From: a plasmid
Strand: one strand, 5' to 3'
DNA: 53,985 nucleotides
Sequence record: NZ_CP012356.1
Shown here: positions 17,499 to 27,001 of the stretch, piece by piece
Numbering within the stretch: the first letter of the stretch is position 1
How the letters are laid out: the number at the start of each line of letters is the position of its first letter
Notes under the pieces: generated by a model
Told to the model about the DNA's origin: nothing
The model's input: only the letters and a program-made list of their open reading frames with translations
Databases searched by the model: none
Position numbers and translations under genes: made by a program

Positions 17499-19505
17499 TC
17501 ACTCGTAGAGGGGATCGAGGGGTGTGCGGGCGAGCATGGCTTCCTGTGTGCCGAGCATGAGGGTGCCAGAATCCTCGCCAGCCGATTCCCAGTCGACGAT
17601 GACCTGGTCGCCGTCAACGCTGGATTCGGCGATGGTCACCCATTCTCCGTCGATATTGATGAGCACCCCAGCGGCCAGCTCCGTGGCAGCAACCGGGTGA
17701 GGTGGGTTGTAGAAGCGGTCGATGTCGCAGGCAGGGTCGTCGGGTTCCTCGACTACCGGAGGTGGGGTCGATCTGGCTGTCTCGGTGTCGTCGGCCAGGT
17801 CGGCTCCCAGGATGCGCTCCCATTCGGGGCTGGTTTTCTTGCCCGCTGAGGCCATCGTCTCGTCGATCTGTTCGTCAGTGGGCCACACAAATTTCTTTTT
17901 GGTCCAGGTCGTGGTGTCGGGTCGCAGCTGATCCAGCAGTTCCAGGTCTTGCGGGGAGTGGGCCTTGCGGGGGTCGGGGGTGTAGAAGAATTGGACTTCC
18001 TTGGGGGCTGATTCGCCGGATAGGTAGGTGCCGCGGCCGCGTTTGCCGAACGGGATGCCCACGCCGACGTGTTCGGAGCCGAACATCATGCGGGCTCCGT
18101 CAGCGGACAGGGGTCCGGTGGCGGCACGCCCGGAGAAGTTGTCTCGGATTTCGCCGCCCAGGAACTCGGCGTCGGGGCGTTGGGTCCCCAGATCGACGTG
18201 GATACGGCAGGCGGCTGCCATGCGCAGCAGGGAGCCGATCCAGCCGAAAACGGGGCATTCTCCGGGCATCCCAGAGACCTTGATCGTTGACCACCAGTTT
18301 TTCGCGTTGCCGTAGAACTGGCGGTACTCGTCGATGAGGACCAGCACGCGGGTGAAGTCGGTCTCGCGGGCCCCTTCTTCTTCGATGCGGCGGTAGCGGT
18401 CCTCCATGAGAGACCACAGCCAGTGGATGAGGGCGACCTGGTCGGGGACGGTAGTGGCGACCATCTCGATGTTGGGCCACTCCCGCAGGCCCAGGTACTC
18501 GATGCGTTTAGGGTCGATGACGAAGACGCGCCAGTTGCGGCGGGCACCCTCGACGGCGTCGCCGATCATGGACACCGTTTTTCCGGTACGGGTGCGGCCG
18601 GCCTTGAGCTGGTGGGCCATGACACCGGAGATGTCCCAGAAACAGGTGTTGCCGTCCTCGTCGACGGCCTGGGGGATTTTCTCCCAGTCTGGGGAGTCTG
18701 GGCCCGGAAGGGCCACGGGTCGGGGCACCATCGAGGGCAGGGGGTGGCGGCGGGTGACGGTGATGGTGTCGTGTTCCAGGTCGAAGTCGCTGCGCCACTG
18801 GCCGAGCATCATCGCCGAGGTCACCGCGGCCAGGCGCAATTGGATGTTCGGGCTGGACAAATGGGCGCCACGTTGGTGGTGAATGGTGAAGCCGTCCAGG
18901 TTCCCCCGATCGGTTTTCCAGGAATCGACGGTGACCGCCGACCCATAGATCTGAGTGGCTACTTCTTTAGCCCGTTCCTTGTCTCGGTCCAGATCGGTTT
19001 TGTCAGGGTCAGGGGTCGGGGCGCGGTATTGCAGGACGAACCGGCCGGCCGGGATCGTTGCGGATGTCACCGTGAACTCTGCCGGCGACCAGGCAGCCGC
19101 GGCCGCCTGGGTGAGGGCCATTGGCATGGTCTCGACGGCAGCCTCCTCGGGGGGGATGGTGAGGGTCAGGCGTCGCGGATGCGTCTTCTTGCGATTCCAT
19201 GTGACTTTCTGCCTCACCGGCACCTTCGCCGCCGACTGAATGGCTAGGCGAGCTGATTCGGCAGTTTCGGTACGCCGGCCAGCGCGTAGCGCCCGTCGTG
19301 CGTGAAGGCTGCCCACCACAGCACAGCCCATACACGGCAGCCACGAGCGCGGATCAGCGGCTGCTGCATAGCCCCCGGTAGCTAGTACCGCACCTGACCA
19401 GCCGGCCGCGATACTTTTCCACGCCGGTTTCGCGCCACCAGGACCAGCGTTATGGACGGTCTGCTTCGAGGCTGCGGAGGGACGAGACAGCGGAGTGCTG
19501 GTCAT
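17499..19505 (-). CDS. FtsK/SpoIIIE-family DNA translocase (TraB/TcpA-like conjugative coupling protein), 668 aa
   Basis: Walker A GRTRTGKT, Walker B VLVLIDEY; coupled downstream of whiB. Confidence 0.65.
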   Translation of the reverse strand: MTSTPLSRPSAASKQTVHNAGPGGAKPAWKSIAAGWSGAVLATGGYAAAADPRSWLPCMGCAVVGSLHARRALRAGRRTETAESARLAIQSAAKVPVRQKVTWNRKKTHPRRLTLTIPPEEAAVETMPMALTQAAAAAWSPAEFTVTSATIPAGRFVLQYRAPTPDPDKTDLDRDKERAKEVATQIYGSAVTVDSWKTDRGNLDGFTIHHQRGAHLSSPNIQLRLAAVTSAMMLGQWRSDFDLEHDTITVTRRHPLPSMVPRPVALPGPDSPDWEKIPQAVDEDGNTCFWDISGVMAHQLKAGRTRTGKTVSMIGDAVEGARRNWRVFVIDPKRIEYLGLREWPNIEMVATTVPDQVALIHWLWSLMEDRYRRIEEEGARETDFTRVLVLIDEYRQFYGNAKNWWSTIKVSGMPGECPVFGWIGSLLRMAAACRIHVDLGTQRPDAEFLGGEIRDNFSGRAATGPLSADGARMMFGSEHVGVGIPFGKRGRGTYLSGESAPKEVQFFYTPDPRKAHSPQDLELLDQLRPDTTTWTKKKFVWPTDEQIDETMASAGKKTSPEWERILGADLADDTETARSTPPPVVEEPDDPACDIDRFYNPPHPVAATELAAGVLINIDGEWVTIAESSVDGDQVIVDWESAGEDSGTLMLGTQEAMLARTPLDPLYE

Positions 19506-19780
19506 GCCGCGGCCTCCTTGTGGCAGGTCATTTCACAGGCATGCCGGCCAGCGATGATGCCGTGGCGCACCGCCCCGGTAGCCGCATAGACCGCGCACAA
19601 CTCAAACACGGGGCACCCATCGCAGGCCGCCGGGTTCATGCTTTCTTTGTCCCACGATGGTGGGTCATCGGTGCACGGCACGGCCAGGCCATCCTGTTGA
19701 GCGGCGCTGATAGCGGTGAATAGGCGCAGCTGGGCGCGAACTTGGTCTGGGGTCAGGTTGACGGTGCGGGCTACACGCAT
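19502..19780 (-). CDS. whiB: WhiB-family Fe-S transcription factor (92 aa)
   Basis: Four Cys in WhiB spacing (C..ACDGCPVFELC...C) plus a G(I/V)xxG motif. Confidence 0.7.
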   Translation of the reverse strand: MRVARTVNLTPDQVRAQLRLFTAISAAQQDGLAVPCTDDPPSWDKESMNPAACDGCPVFELCAVYAATGAVRHGIIAGRHACEMTCHKEAAA

Positions 19781-19833
19781 GGGGTTCCTTCCTCTTCACC
19801 AGTGAAGGTTCCCTAGACCCGGCCGATGTGCGG
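19781..19833 (-). promoter_or_regulatory. Conserved leader element, copy B, immediately 5' of whiB
   Basis: CCGCACATCGG plus CTTCACtgGTGAAG palindrome plus AGGAAGGAA RBS. Confidence 0.55.
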
Positions 19834-19840
19834 AGGGATT

Positions 19841-20392
19841 TCAGTGTTTTATCGAGGTGACCAGCCAGCCGGTCTGCGCTGCGGGTTCAGGTACCAGGGT
19901 CAGATGCAGCATGGTGTGGTCGGCTAGGGGCACGGCGACCAGGGGCCCGTCGGCGCTCGCCCCGGTGAGGGTGGGAGTTCCGGCCACGGTGGTGGCGGGA
20001 ATCTGGTTGGGTTTCGCGGCCATCAGGGAGCCCATGAGGGTCGGGGCGGCGATCTGGACGAGGGCGACTTTGCGGGCGGCGGGATCGCGGGTCAACCAGC
20101 CGCGGGTGAAGGTGAGCGCAGCCGACGTGATATCGGGGCTCAGCGGGGCTGGTGTGGCGGCGGGGTGGGCCGTTGAGGAGGGCCATACGCGCGGTAGCGC
20201 TGGCGACATCGAGCGGGTCGGAGTGGGGTCAGGTGTGGGGCTTAGGGTCCGATGTGGCGATGGGGCTACCGCCCCGGTGGTGGGAGACGAGACTGGTTGG
20301 GGGTGGTGTTGAGGGCGTGGGATCAGGGTGAAGGCAGCCAAACTGGCCGGGATGAGGATGACGGCCGCGCCGACACTTCGGAGCGAGGTCAT
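19841..20392 (-). CDS. Membrane-anchored/secreted Pro/Thr-rich protein (183 aa)
   Basis: N-terminal hydrophobic segment. Confidence 0.45.
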   Translation of the reverse strand: MTSLRSVGAAVILIPASLAAFTLIPRPQHHPQPVSSPTTGAVAPSPHRTLSPTPDPTPTRSMSPALPRVWPSSTAHPAATPAPLSPDITSAALTFTRGWLTRDPAARKVALVQIAAPTLMGSLMAAKPNQIPATTVAGTPTLTGASADGPLVAVPLADHTMLHLTLVPEPAAQTGWLVTSIKH

Positions 20393-21459
20393 GTGACGAT
20401 CCTTCGGTAGCTCGACGGGTTGCCGTAGATCTTTTCCACGTTGATGCCACTATGTGGGTTGTCGGCGCTAACCATTTGGCCTCCACCGATGTAGACGGCC
20501 ACGTGGTGGGCAGGGCTTCCCCAGAGGATGAGGTCGCCGACTTTGAGCTGGTCACGGGCCACCGCGGTGCCGACTTTCTGCTGGTCGGCGGCGGTGCGGG
20601 GAAGGCTAATGCCGATACGCCGGTACAGCGCCGAGGTCAGGCCTGAGCAGTCGTAGCCGCCATCGGCTTTGCCGTTGCCACCCCACACGTAGGCGTAGGA
20701 GTTGTTGTCGGCGATCGATTTGGCCCATGCCACGGCTTCGGCCAGGTTCTTCGACACACCGGTCTCGTTAGCGGCCCCGGTGGCACAGTTGTTTGACAGG
20801 TGCCCTGTAGTAGTGGATCCCACTATTTGTTTGGCCATGGTTTCCCATTTGGCGTAGGCATCGGGCAGGGCTGAGCCTTGCACTGCCTGAGCTGCCTGCG
20901 TCAGCGGCATCTTCTGCCAGTCAGCGATGTCGACTAAACCGGGAATGTGGAATCCAGGGCCGCCGGCCGATCCGGGGCCAGCGTAGGTGATGGTGTGGCC
21001 TTTCAAGAACGCCTCGGTGGCGTAGGCATCATTGTTGACCTGATCCAGAGTCCCGTACCAGCCCGGCAGGATGCGCTGCTGAAAGGGGCCGGCGTCACCG
21101 TCACCGTTAGCCTTCGCTGAGGTAGGGTCGGCCCCAAGATCTGATTCTTGTTTGGCGGTCATAATAGCGATGACCGCTGCCTGGGTAGGCAGTTTGTCAC
21201 GCTGGACCACAGTGACGATGGTGGTCACGAGCTGCTTCTGCCTGGCCGTGAGGCCTCCGGCACCCACAGTGCCTCCGGTGACGGTACCCACGCAAGCATC
21301 CCCGCCGACACTGCCACCGCCGACGCCAGAGTTGTCGTCGAGGGCCCCAGAGCCTACTGACAGCAGCGGCACAATGATCACGGTCGCGGGCAAGACCGCC
21401 AGGCCCGCCAGCATCAGCACTGCTGCACTCACCACGGCGATCACGTGAGATGCTTTCAA
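20389..21459 (-). CDS. Secreted cell-wall hydrolase: lysozyme/transglycosylase-like N-domain plus C-terminal NlpC/P60 peptidase (356 aa)
   Basis: Signal peptide; NlpC/P60 signature YVWGG...DCSGL...HHVAVYIG. Confidence 0.75.
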   Translation of the reverse strand: MKASHVIAVVSAAVLMLAGLAVLPATVIIVPLLSVGSGALDDNSGVGGGSVGGDACVGTVTGGTVGAGGLTARQKQLVTTIVTVVQRDKLPTQAAVIAIMTAKQESDLGADPTSAKANGDGDAGPFQQRILPGWYGTLDQVNNDAYATEAFLKGHTITYAGPGSAGGPGFHIPGLVDIADWQKMPLTQAAQAVQGSALPDAYAKWETMAKQIVGSTTTGHLSNNCATGAANETGVSKNLAEAVAWAKSIADNNSYAYVWGGNGKADGGYDCSGLTSALYRRIGISLPRTAADQQKVGTAVARDQLKVGDLILWGSPAHHVAVYIGGGQMVSADNPHSGINVEKIYGNPSSYRRIVT

Positions 21460-23567
21460 CGCTGCCCACCTTTCGCTGGTTTGAGGGGGCGACGCCTGCT
21501 GGTACGCACAGGCTTGGTTGGTCCAGTCCGCCGTTGGTTGGCAGGCCTGGGTTTGATCGGCTTGCTGGGACCCGGTTTGGGCTCCGGAGTCTTAGGCTCC
21601 GGCTTCACATGCCTAGGCACTTCGGCTGCGGTGGGAGGAGTCAGCACGTGGCGTACCGGCTTGGTGACCTTCTGGGCACCCGAAACAACCGGCTTAGACA
21701 CCACCTTGGCACCTTTGACCACCGGTGCGGCTGCCTTCGCGCCGGCCTTCTTGACTGCACGATGCGCTTTGATAGCCCCGGCCTCGGCCCGGCCAACCCT
21801 GCTAGCAGTAGCATCGAGGGCTCTGTGGCCCGTCGTTGCCCTCACCGGTGCATCCTTGCCCTGGCGGGTCTGCTTAGCGATCGCCGACATGCCGCCTCGC
21901 AATGCCGAAACATGATTGTGGGCGTGGGCGATCGCCGACATGCCGGCCGTCGCGATTTTTGACTGGCCCTGCGGGGCCCCTGCCCCAGCACGAATCTGCT
22001 GGTAAGCCGCCGACGTGCCACGAGCACCCGCCGCCATTCGCGCCACCTTCGCAGCCCTAGTCACTCCCGTCGACACGCCACCCGTGGCTACCGCAGCAGC
22101 ACCCGAGACCACAGTCGAGGCCATCCGCCTTCGACCCAATCCGGTGAGCTTGCGACCACCGCTGCGCACCATCCGGCGAGCACCCCGCCCAGCCCACTGG
22201 CCGATCACCGAGCCCCTTTCGGAACGCTTGCTGCGCATCCAATCGTTGATCTTGTCCCTCAGCCCCTTCTCGCCCTTGTGACGACGCCACATGGACATCA
22301 AGAACCCGATAATCCCCACGAGCTCGAGCATGTTGACAACCATGACCTTGATGGCGACATCACCGTCAGAGGCGAAAACCGACTTGATGATGAGCATGAC
22401 CACACCCAACATCACCATCGACCCGACAATGCCGATCATCGAGTACAAGATCGAACACAGATCCCGGATGAGCGGATCTGTGCGGCCAGGGATAGCCCGC
22501 AACACGTTGAGCATCGACATGAACGCCGACCACACCAACTTGCACACGTAGAACCAGCACATGCCCGCGAACACCAGCAGGACCACAGCCAAACCCGCCA
22601 CCGTCGACGAGTAAAAGAAGAACCCCACCAACCACGAACCATCCGCAATATCGCCGGCGTAATCCGACAACCCCTCATCACAGTCACCAAGGTCGTCGCG
22701 AGCATCCGAGACGTCATCGTAAGGGCCACCCTTGAGCACCTCGATGTACTTGTCGTGGCACTTCGCATCAATAATGCGGCCATAGTTGAGCTGCTGATGA
22801 ACCGGCGCCACGAACGAGTCCACAATGATCGCCGACAGCTTCGGATCCTTCGAGTCTCCCGTCGAGGTCATGTCATCAGGAATCTCGACCTCACCAGCGG
22901 TCGCCGTCGCAGGATCAACCGAACTGGTAATCATATGAGACAGCGCCACACCGAACTGCTGGGTGCGAGCCAGCGGAGTAGCCAACGTCGTCGTATCGCC
23001 TGCGAACTTCGCCACCGGGGCCGCCAAGAAACCCAACGCCAGCGCCGCAGCAATCGCCGCACGCGCACCCGTAGCCCACGCCCCTGCCGTACGTCCCCTC
23101 ATCATCTTGACGACCACGCCCACACCGGCGCACGTCGTCAGCAACGTCAACACCGTTCCACCCCAGCTGTCCGCTCCCAGCGGGGCCAAAACCTTGTCGT
23201 GGATGTCGTTCTGTAACCCCACCAGCGGTCCGGTAATCCACCCGACCCAGCTCATCGCCACGGTCCAGTCCAACAACCGGCACAACAGGGCAATGACCAT
23301 CAGGTACGTGTTCCAACACATGCCAATAATGGAGGCCCACATAGCCTTCAGCGGGGCCGTAACGCCACCATCGTCCATCGACATCTGGTACTGAAACAAG
23401 TGAATACCGTTGGAGTCAGTCACATTGAAACCGTCACCCATCCAGCCCAGCCCCGGGCCCGATGCCATGGCAGGCACACTGCTCAGCGCCACCACCAGAA
23501 CCAGCGTGGTGACGATGATACGGAACCGCCGCTCCCCGGCCCCGGGGCGGCGTGGATGACGGCTCAC
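21456..23567 (-). CDS. Polytopic membrane protein (703 aa) with a Lys/Ala/Pro-rich tail; VirB6/TcpH-like conjugation channel candidate
   Basis: Many transmembrane segments; sits between the VirB4-like and hydrolase genes. Confidence 0.5.
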   Translation of the reverse strand: MSRHPRRPGAGERRFRIIVTTLVLVVALSSVPAMASGPGLGWMGDGFNVTDSNGIHLFQYQMSMDDGGVTAPLKAMWASIIGMCWNTYLMVIALLCRLLDWTVAMSWVGWITGPLVGLQNDIHDKVLAPLGADSWGGTVLTLLTTCAGVGVVVKMMRGRTAGAWATGARAAIAAALALGFLAAPVAKFAGDTTTLATPLARTQQFGVALSHMITSSVDPATATAGEVEIPDDMTSTGDSKDPKLSAIIVDSFVAPVHQQLNYGRIIDAKCHDKYIEVLKGGPYDDVSDARDDLGDCDEGLSDYAGDIADGSWLVGFFFYSSTVAGLAVVLLVFAGMCWFYVCKLVWSAFMSMLNVLRAIPGRTDPLIRDLCSILYSMIGIVGSMVMLGVVMLIIKSVFASDGDVAIKVMVVNMLELVGIIGFLMSMWRRHKGEKGLRDKINDWMRSKRSERGSVIGQWAGRGARRMVRSGGRKLTGLGRRRMASTVVSGAAAVATGGVSTGVTRAAKVARMAAGARGTSAAYQQIRAGAGAPQGQSKIATAGMSAIAHAHNHVSALRGGMSAIAKQTRQGKDAPVRATTGHRALDATASRVGRAEAGAIKAHRAVKKAGAKAAAPVVKGAKVVSKPVVSGAQKVTKPVRHVLTPPTAAEVPRHVKPEPKTPEPKPGPSKPIKPRPANQRRTGPTKPVRTSRRRPLKPAKGGQR

Positions 23568-26086
23568 GCTGTCTCCTGGTCGTGCTCGGGCGGGTTGGAG
23601 CTGGCGGCTTCGCGGTGGGGAGCGTAGGCAGGTCTCAGTAGTCGAATTTCACCGACGTTGCCGTGTTGGTCGGCGTACAGGCCACAACCGGGGCCTCCGG
23701 GGTTGAGGGCAATCTTGACCAGGTCAGCGAACTCTTCAGGGGACGTTTTAGGGTCCACGCCCAGGAACTCGACACCTTTCTGGGCGAGGTTGATGTTGTC
23801 GCACAGCAACACGATGCGATGCTGAATGAGGTTGCGGACGGTCTCGTTGGGGTAATCGGCCTCGGGGTCGTGGGAGCCGGTGATAAGCCAGGCATTGGCT
23901 CGGCGGGATTCGCGCACGTACTCGTCAATGGCGTGGGAGGCTTCCGGCGAGGACGACATGTGATGAAACTCGTCAACAATGAAAGCGGCGTCGCGGGCCC
24001 GGTCGCTGAAGCACACCAGGCGAGCCAGACGGGCAATGAGCGCGTAGAGGGCTCGGCCAAACACCTTGTGCGGGGGCAGCTGCCGAAACAGATGTTCTGA
24101 CAGCATCTCCTCGGCGTTAGGAAGAGCGATGCCACAAGTGCCAATGATGAGGATGTCGGCACTCAGGTCGGCGGGAGGAAGGTCCGGGTCAAAGATGGCC
24201 GAAGCTAGGGAGGCCGAGTTCTCGATGTCAGCGAACACGGCAATCCTGTCAGCGATCGCGGTGGCCTCGGGAAGGTCGCACTCCTCGGCCAGGTGGCGGG
24301 CCAAACGCCCACACGAGGTGATCTGGTGGTCACGCATGTAGGCCGGTTTGAGGACCTTGGCCAGCGTGGTCCCGGCCACACCGATGGTCTCCAAGTTAAG
24401 CAAGGTCAGCAAGAACGACTGGGCGACCTGCCCGGCCATCTCCGGGGGAAGGATGCGCAGCGGGTCCAGCGACAGCTTGGGGTGGGCCGTGTCGACGATC
24501 TGGCGTCTAACCCCGTCGATAGAGTTGACAAAGGTTACCCACTCCCGCTCATCGGAGTTGTCGGTGGCAATAATGCGCCCGCCCCGGGCCGCGATGGCTG
24601 CGCACAGCCGCTTCTCGGCCATCGTCTTGCCCGCGCCCATCTTGCCGATGAACGCCACCGTGTTGCCTTTCTGATCCTGAGTGTCGGCATGCAAATCGAG
24701 GTAGGCCAGCGACTGCAACGGGGAGCCTGTGACCACAGCCAACGGGATGCCGGTGGTACGGCCCAACCGGTACTCAACCACCGGGATAGATGCGGCGAAC
24801 GCGGAGGCGTGAGTCAGCTGACGGTAGGCGTTAAGCGAGGAGGAGAACCGGCCACCGGGCCGGGCAGCCCACAGCAAGTCCTCCTGACGGCCCACGGGAC
24901 GCACCCACGTGAAGTCACCGAACACCGGATCATTGACGAACGCTCCTGCCAGCTCCTCGGTGGTCTCAAAGTCAGGAGACGAGACAGTGACGGTGATAAG
25001 AGCCTGGATCTCGACCTCACGCTCATCGGCGGCCAGCTCGGCGTTGTAGTCGACGAGCACCTGAGCGGAATGCTCGATAGACATGAGGGTCGAAGCCTGG
25101 GTCATCTCACCGCCCTCGACGTTGTCGAGCTGATCGACCGTTTGACGGATAGCCCGCTGATTTTTCTGCATCGCAGCGTGACGGGTCCGGGCCACTCCCC
25201 GGATCGCCACGTCGACCGGCACGCCAGTGTCGTCGATACGGCCCAAAAACTCGTAGGCAGGCCACGTCATCGTGCGGGGCACCTTACCCAGCACGATATG
25301 GGACTGGTAGACGGTCTCGCCGGTGTCGGCACCGATTTTGAGGACGCGACGATTCCACGCCTGAGCCGTCCGGGACATGTGGGAGACTCGCTTGTCATCC
25401 TCGCTGGCCAGCAGGTCGGAGGTCGCGGCCTCATCGATGACCAACTCCCCCAGCGCGGCACGTCCAACCTCATCCATGAGGGCGATTCCCTCGCCAGGGG
25501 CATCATCACGCAACCGGGTCGGGTGGCCTGACAGGTGCTGCCGAAGCCAGATCTGTTCATCAACGGTGACCGGGCGGGGTTGGAACGCTGCCGGCAGTTT
25601 CGCACCGAATTCCTTAGCCTGACGGAGGGCCCACTCCCGTGCGACACGGCCAGGAGCGGTGGTCATGAGTCCGGCGGCTTCGGTGATTTTGTTGAGGGCG
25701 GCGGTCCAGGCGGTGTGGGTGCGTATTTTCTGGTCTTGGTTGAGTTTGATCGATAGGAACCACACGCGCCGGCCTAGGGATTCGGTTTCAGGCTGGTCGA
25801 GGGTGGCGTCGATTTCGTCGGCCCACACGGGGTGTTCGCTCAGGTCAAGGCCGGCGGCCATGGCGTCGACGATTTCTGTGGGGTCGGTCCAGGTGAGGGC
25901 TCCGTTGAGGCAGAACTCGTGGCGGGCGAGGTGGCGGAATAGGTCGCGGTGAGCTGCGGCGACGGTGAGGGAGGCGTTCTCGGTGACGGGTCGCTGGAGG
26001 GGAGTGAGTCGCCAGGTGGCCCAGATGTCGCCGGTGGAGGTCCAGACGAGGTTGTCGAAGAGGAACCGTTCGGGGATGGACATCAT
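23564..26086 (-). CDS. VirB4/TraE/TcpF-like conjugative ATPase (840 aa)
   Basis: Walker A GKMGAGKT, Walker B AAFIVDEFHHM; size typical of VirB4. Confidence 0.6.
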   Translation of the reverse strand: MMSIPERFLFDNLVWTSTGDIWATWRLTPLQRPVTENASLTVAAAHRDLFRHLARHEFCLNGALTWTDPTEIVDAMAAGLDLSEHPVWADEIDATLDQPETESLGRRVWFLSIKLNQDQKIRTHTAWTAALNKITEAAGLMTTAPGRVAREWALRQAKEFGAKLPAAFQPRPVTVDEQIWLRQHLSGHPTRLRDDAPGEGIALMDEVGRAALGELVIDEAATSDLLASEDDKRVSHMSRTAQAWNRRVLKIGADTGETVYQSHIVLGKVPRTMTWPAYEFLGRIDDTGVPVDVAIRGVARTRHAAMQKNQRAIRQTVDQLDNVEGGEMTQASTLMSIEHSAQVLVDYNAELAADEREVEIQALITVTVSSPDFETTEELAGAFVNDPVFGDFTWVRPVGRQEDLLWAARPGGRFSSSLNAYRQLTHASAFAASIPVVEYRLGRTTGIPLAVVTGSPLQSLAYLDLHADTQDQKGNTVAFIGKMGAGKTMAEKRLCAAIAARGGRIIATDNSDEREWVTFVNSIDGVRRQIVDTAHPKLSLDPLRILPPEMAGQVAQSFLLTLLNLETIGVAGTTLAKVLKPAYMRDHQITSCGRLARHLAEECDLPEATAIADRIAVFADIENSASLASAIFDPDLPPADLSADILIIGTCGIALPNAEEMLSEHLFRQLPPHKVFGRALYALIARLARLVCFSDRARDAAFIVDEFHHMSSSPEASHAIDEYVRESRRANAWLITGSHDPEADYPNETVRNLIQHRIVLLCDNINLAQKGVEFLGVDPKTSPEEFADLVKIALNPGGPGCGLYADQHGNVGEIRLLRPAYAPHREAASSNPPEHDQETA

Positions 26087-26718
26087 GACTCCTTTTCGGC
26101 GGCGGCGAGGAAGGCTTCCAGGCCGCTGCGGCGTACAGCGTTCCCGGTAGGGTGCAGGGGTTTTCTGGGGGTGGGTTCAGATTTCGAATGTGGGAGGGGT
26201 TTGTGGATGGTATCGGTGTCCTCGGCGAGGGCTTGGTCGAGCAGGCAGGTGGCCGGGGTGTCGGTAGTCTCGTCCAGCTCGTCGATCATCTCGTCGAGGA
26301 GGTTGGGGGTGGTGGATGCGGCCCACACAGGTGGGATAGCCGGTGCGGGTCGAGGCGGTGTGGGGAGGCGGAGTTTGGTTTGGCCCCAGAGGGGTGTGTG
26401 GGTCATGCCGGCGGGAGTGGTGGCGGCGTGAGTGGTCACACGCCACCAGCCCGCCAGCCATGCCAGAGGTGACCAGGTCCAGTCGATGCGACCAACAACG
26501 AACTGGGCGAGCCATCCGGCAGCCAGCGCGAAAATGAAACCGCGGATGGTCATGCCCCCGTCGATAATTTTGAAGCCCATCATCGCGGCAGGAACTACGC
26601 CGCCGACAGCGAGCACCTGATAGATCGTGTAGGGCCCGCCAGGAATCCTTCGACCTGAGGAATCCTTACCGATAATGCGGGGCTGCTGGCGGGCCTCGGT
26701 GTGCCACTGAATATCCAC
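26083..26718 (-). CDS. Membrane protein (211 aa, GTG start), possible VirB3-like partner of VirB4
   Basis: Hydrophobic N-terminal half; immediately upstream of the VirB4-like gene. Confidence 0.4.
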   Translation of the reverse strand: MDIQWHTEARQQPRIIGKDSSGRRIPGGPYTIYQVLAVGGVVPAAMMGFKIIDGGMTIRGFIFALAAGWLAQFVVGRIDWTWSPLAWLAGWWRVTTHAATTPAGMTHTPLWGQTKLRLPTPPRPAPAIPPVWAASTTPNLLDEMIDELDETTDTPATCLLDQALAEDTDTIHKPLPHSKSEPTPRKPLHPTGNAVRRSGLEAFLAAAEKES

Positions 26719-26720
26719 GA

Positions 26721-26987
26721 TCAGCTCTTGCCCAATCCTTGCATCATCTGTCCGAAGAATTGGATCGCGTTACCTTCGATAAGCCAGTGCGCCATACCAC
26801 ACACAAACAGCATGGAGACGATCTTGGCCAGGCTCATACCGTGTTTGAAGATGTTGAACGCGGCAATGCCCACGACTACGACCATGGCGACGGCTCGCAC
26901 CGCGGACTGACCTTCACCTGCCTTGATCGTCGTCCATTCGAAGAGGTTCTGCGATTCCAGTGGCAGCAGGAGGAATTGATCGAGCAT
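26721..26987 (-). CDS. Small membrane protein (88 aa, internal Met start; coordinate +/-1)
   Basis: Two hydrophobic helices; start MLDQFLLLPLES. Confidence 0.4.
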   Translation of the reverse strand: MLDQFLLLPLESQNLFEWTTIKAGEGQSAVRAVAMVVVVGIAAFNIFKHGMSLAKIVSMLFVCGMAHWLIEGNAIQFFGQMMQGLGKS

Positions 26988-27001
26988 GAGAGGTTTTCCT
27001 T

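Noticed and set aside
18028-19344. Plus- and minus-strand ORFs within the FtsK-like gene (18423-19247 (274 aa), 18086-18547, 18100-18480 and others)
   Set aside because: All lie inside and antisense or out of frame to a gene with clear Walker A/B motifs; low-complexity R/G/P-rich translations.
22278-25531. Long plus-strand ORFs 22278-23216 (312 aa) and 24293-25531 (412 aa) opposite the VirB6-like and VirB4-like genes
   Set aside because: His/Arg/Asp-rich low-complexity antisense translations; the minus-strand genes carry recognisable membrane or ATPase features.
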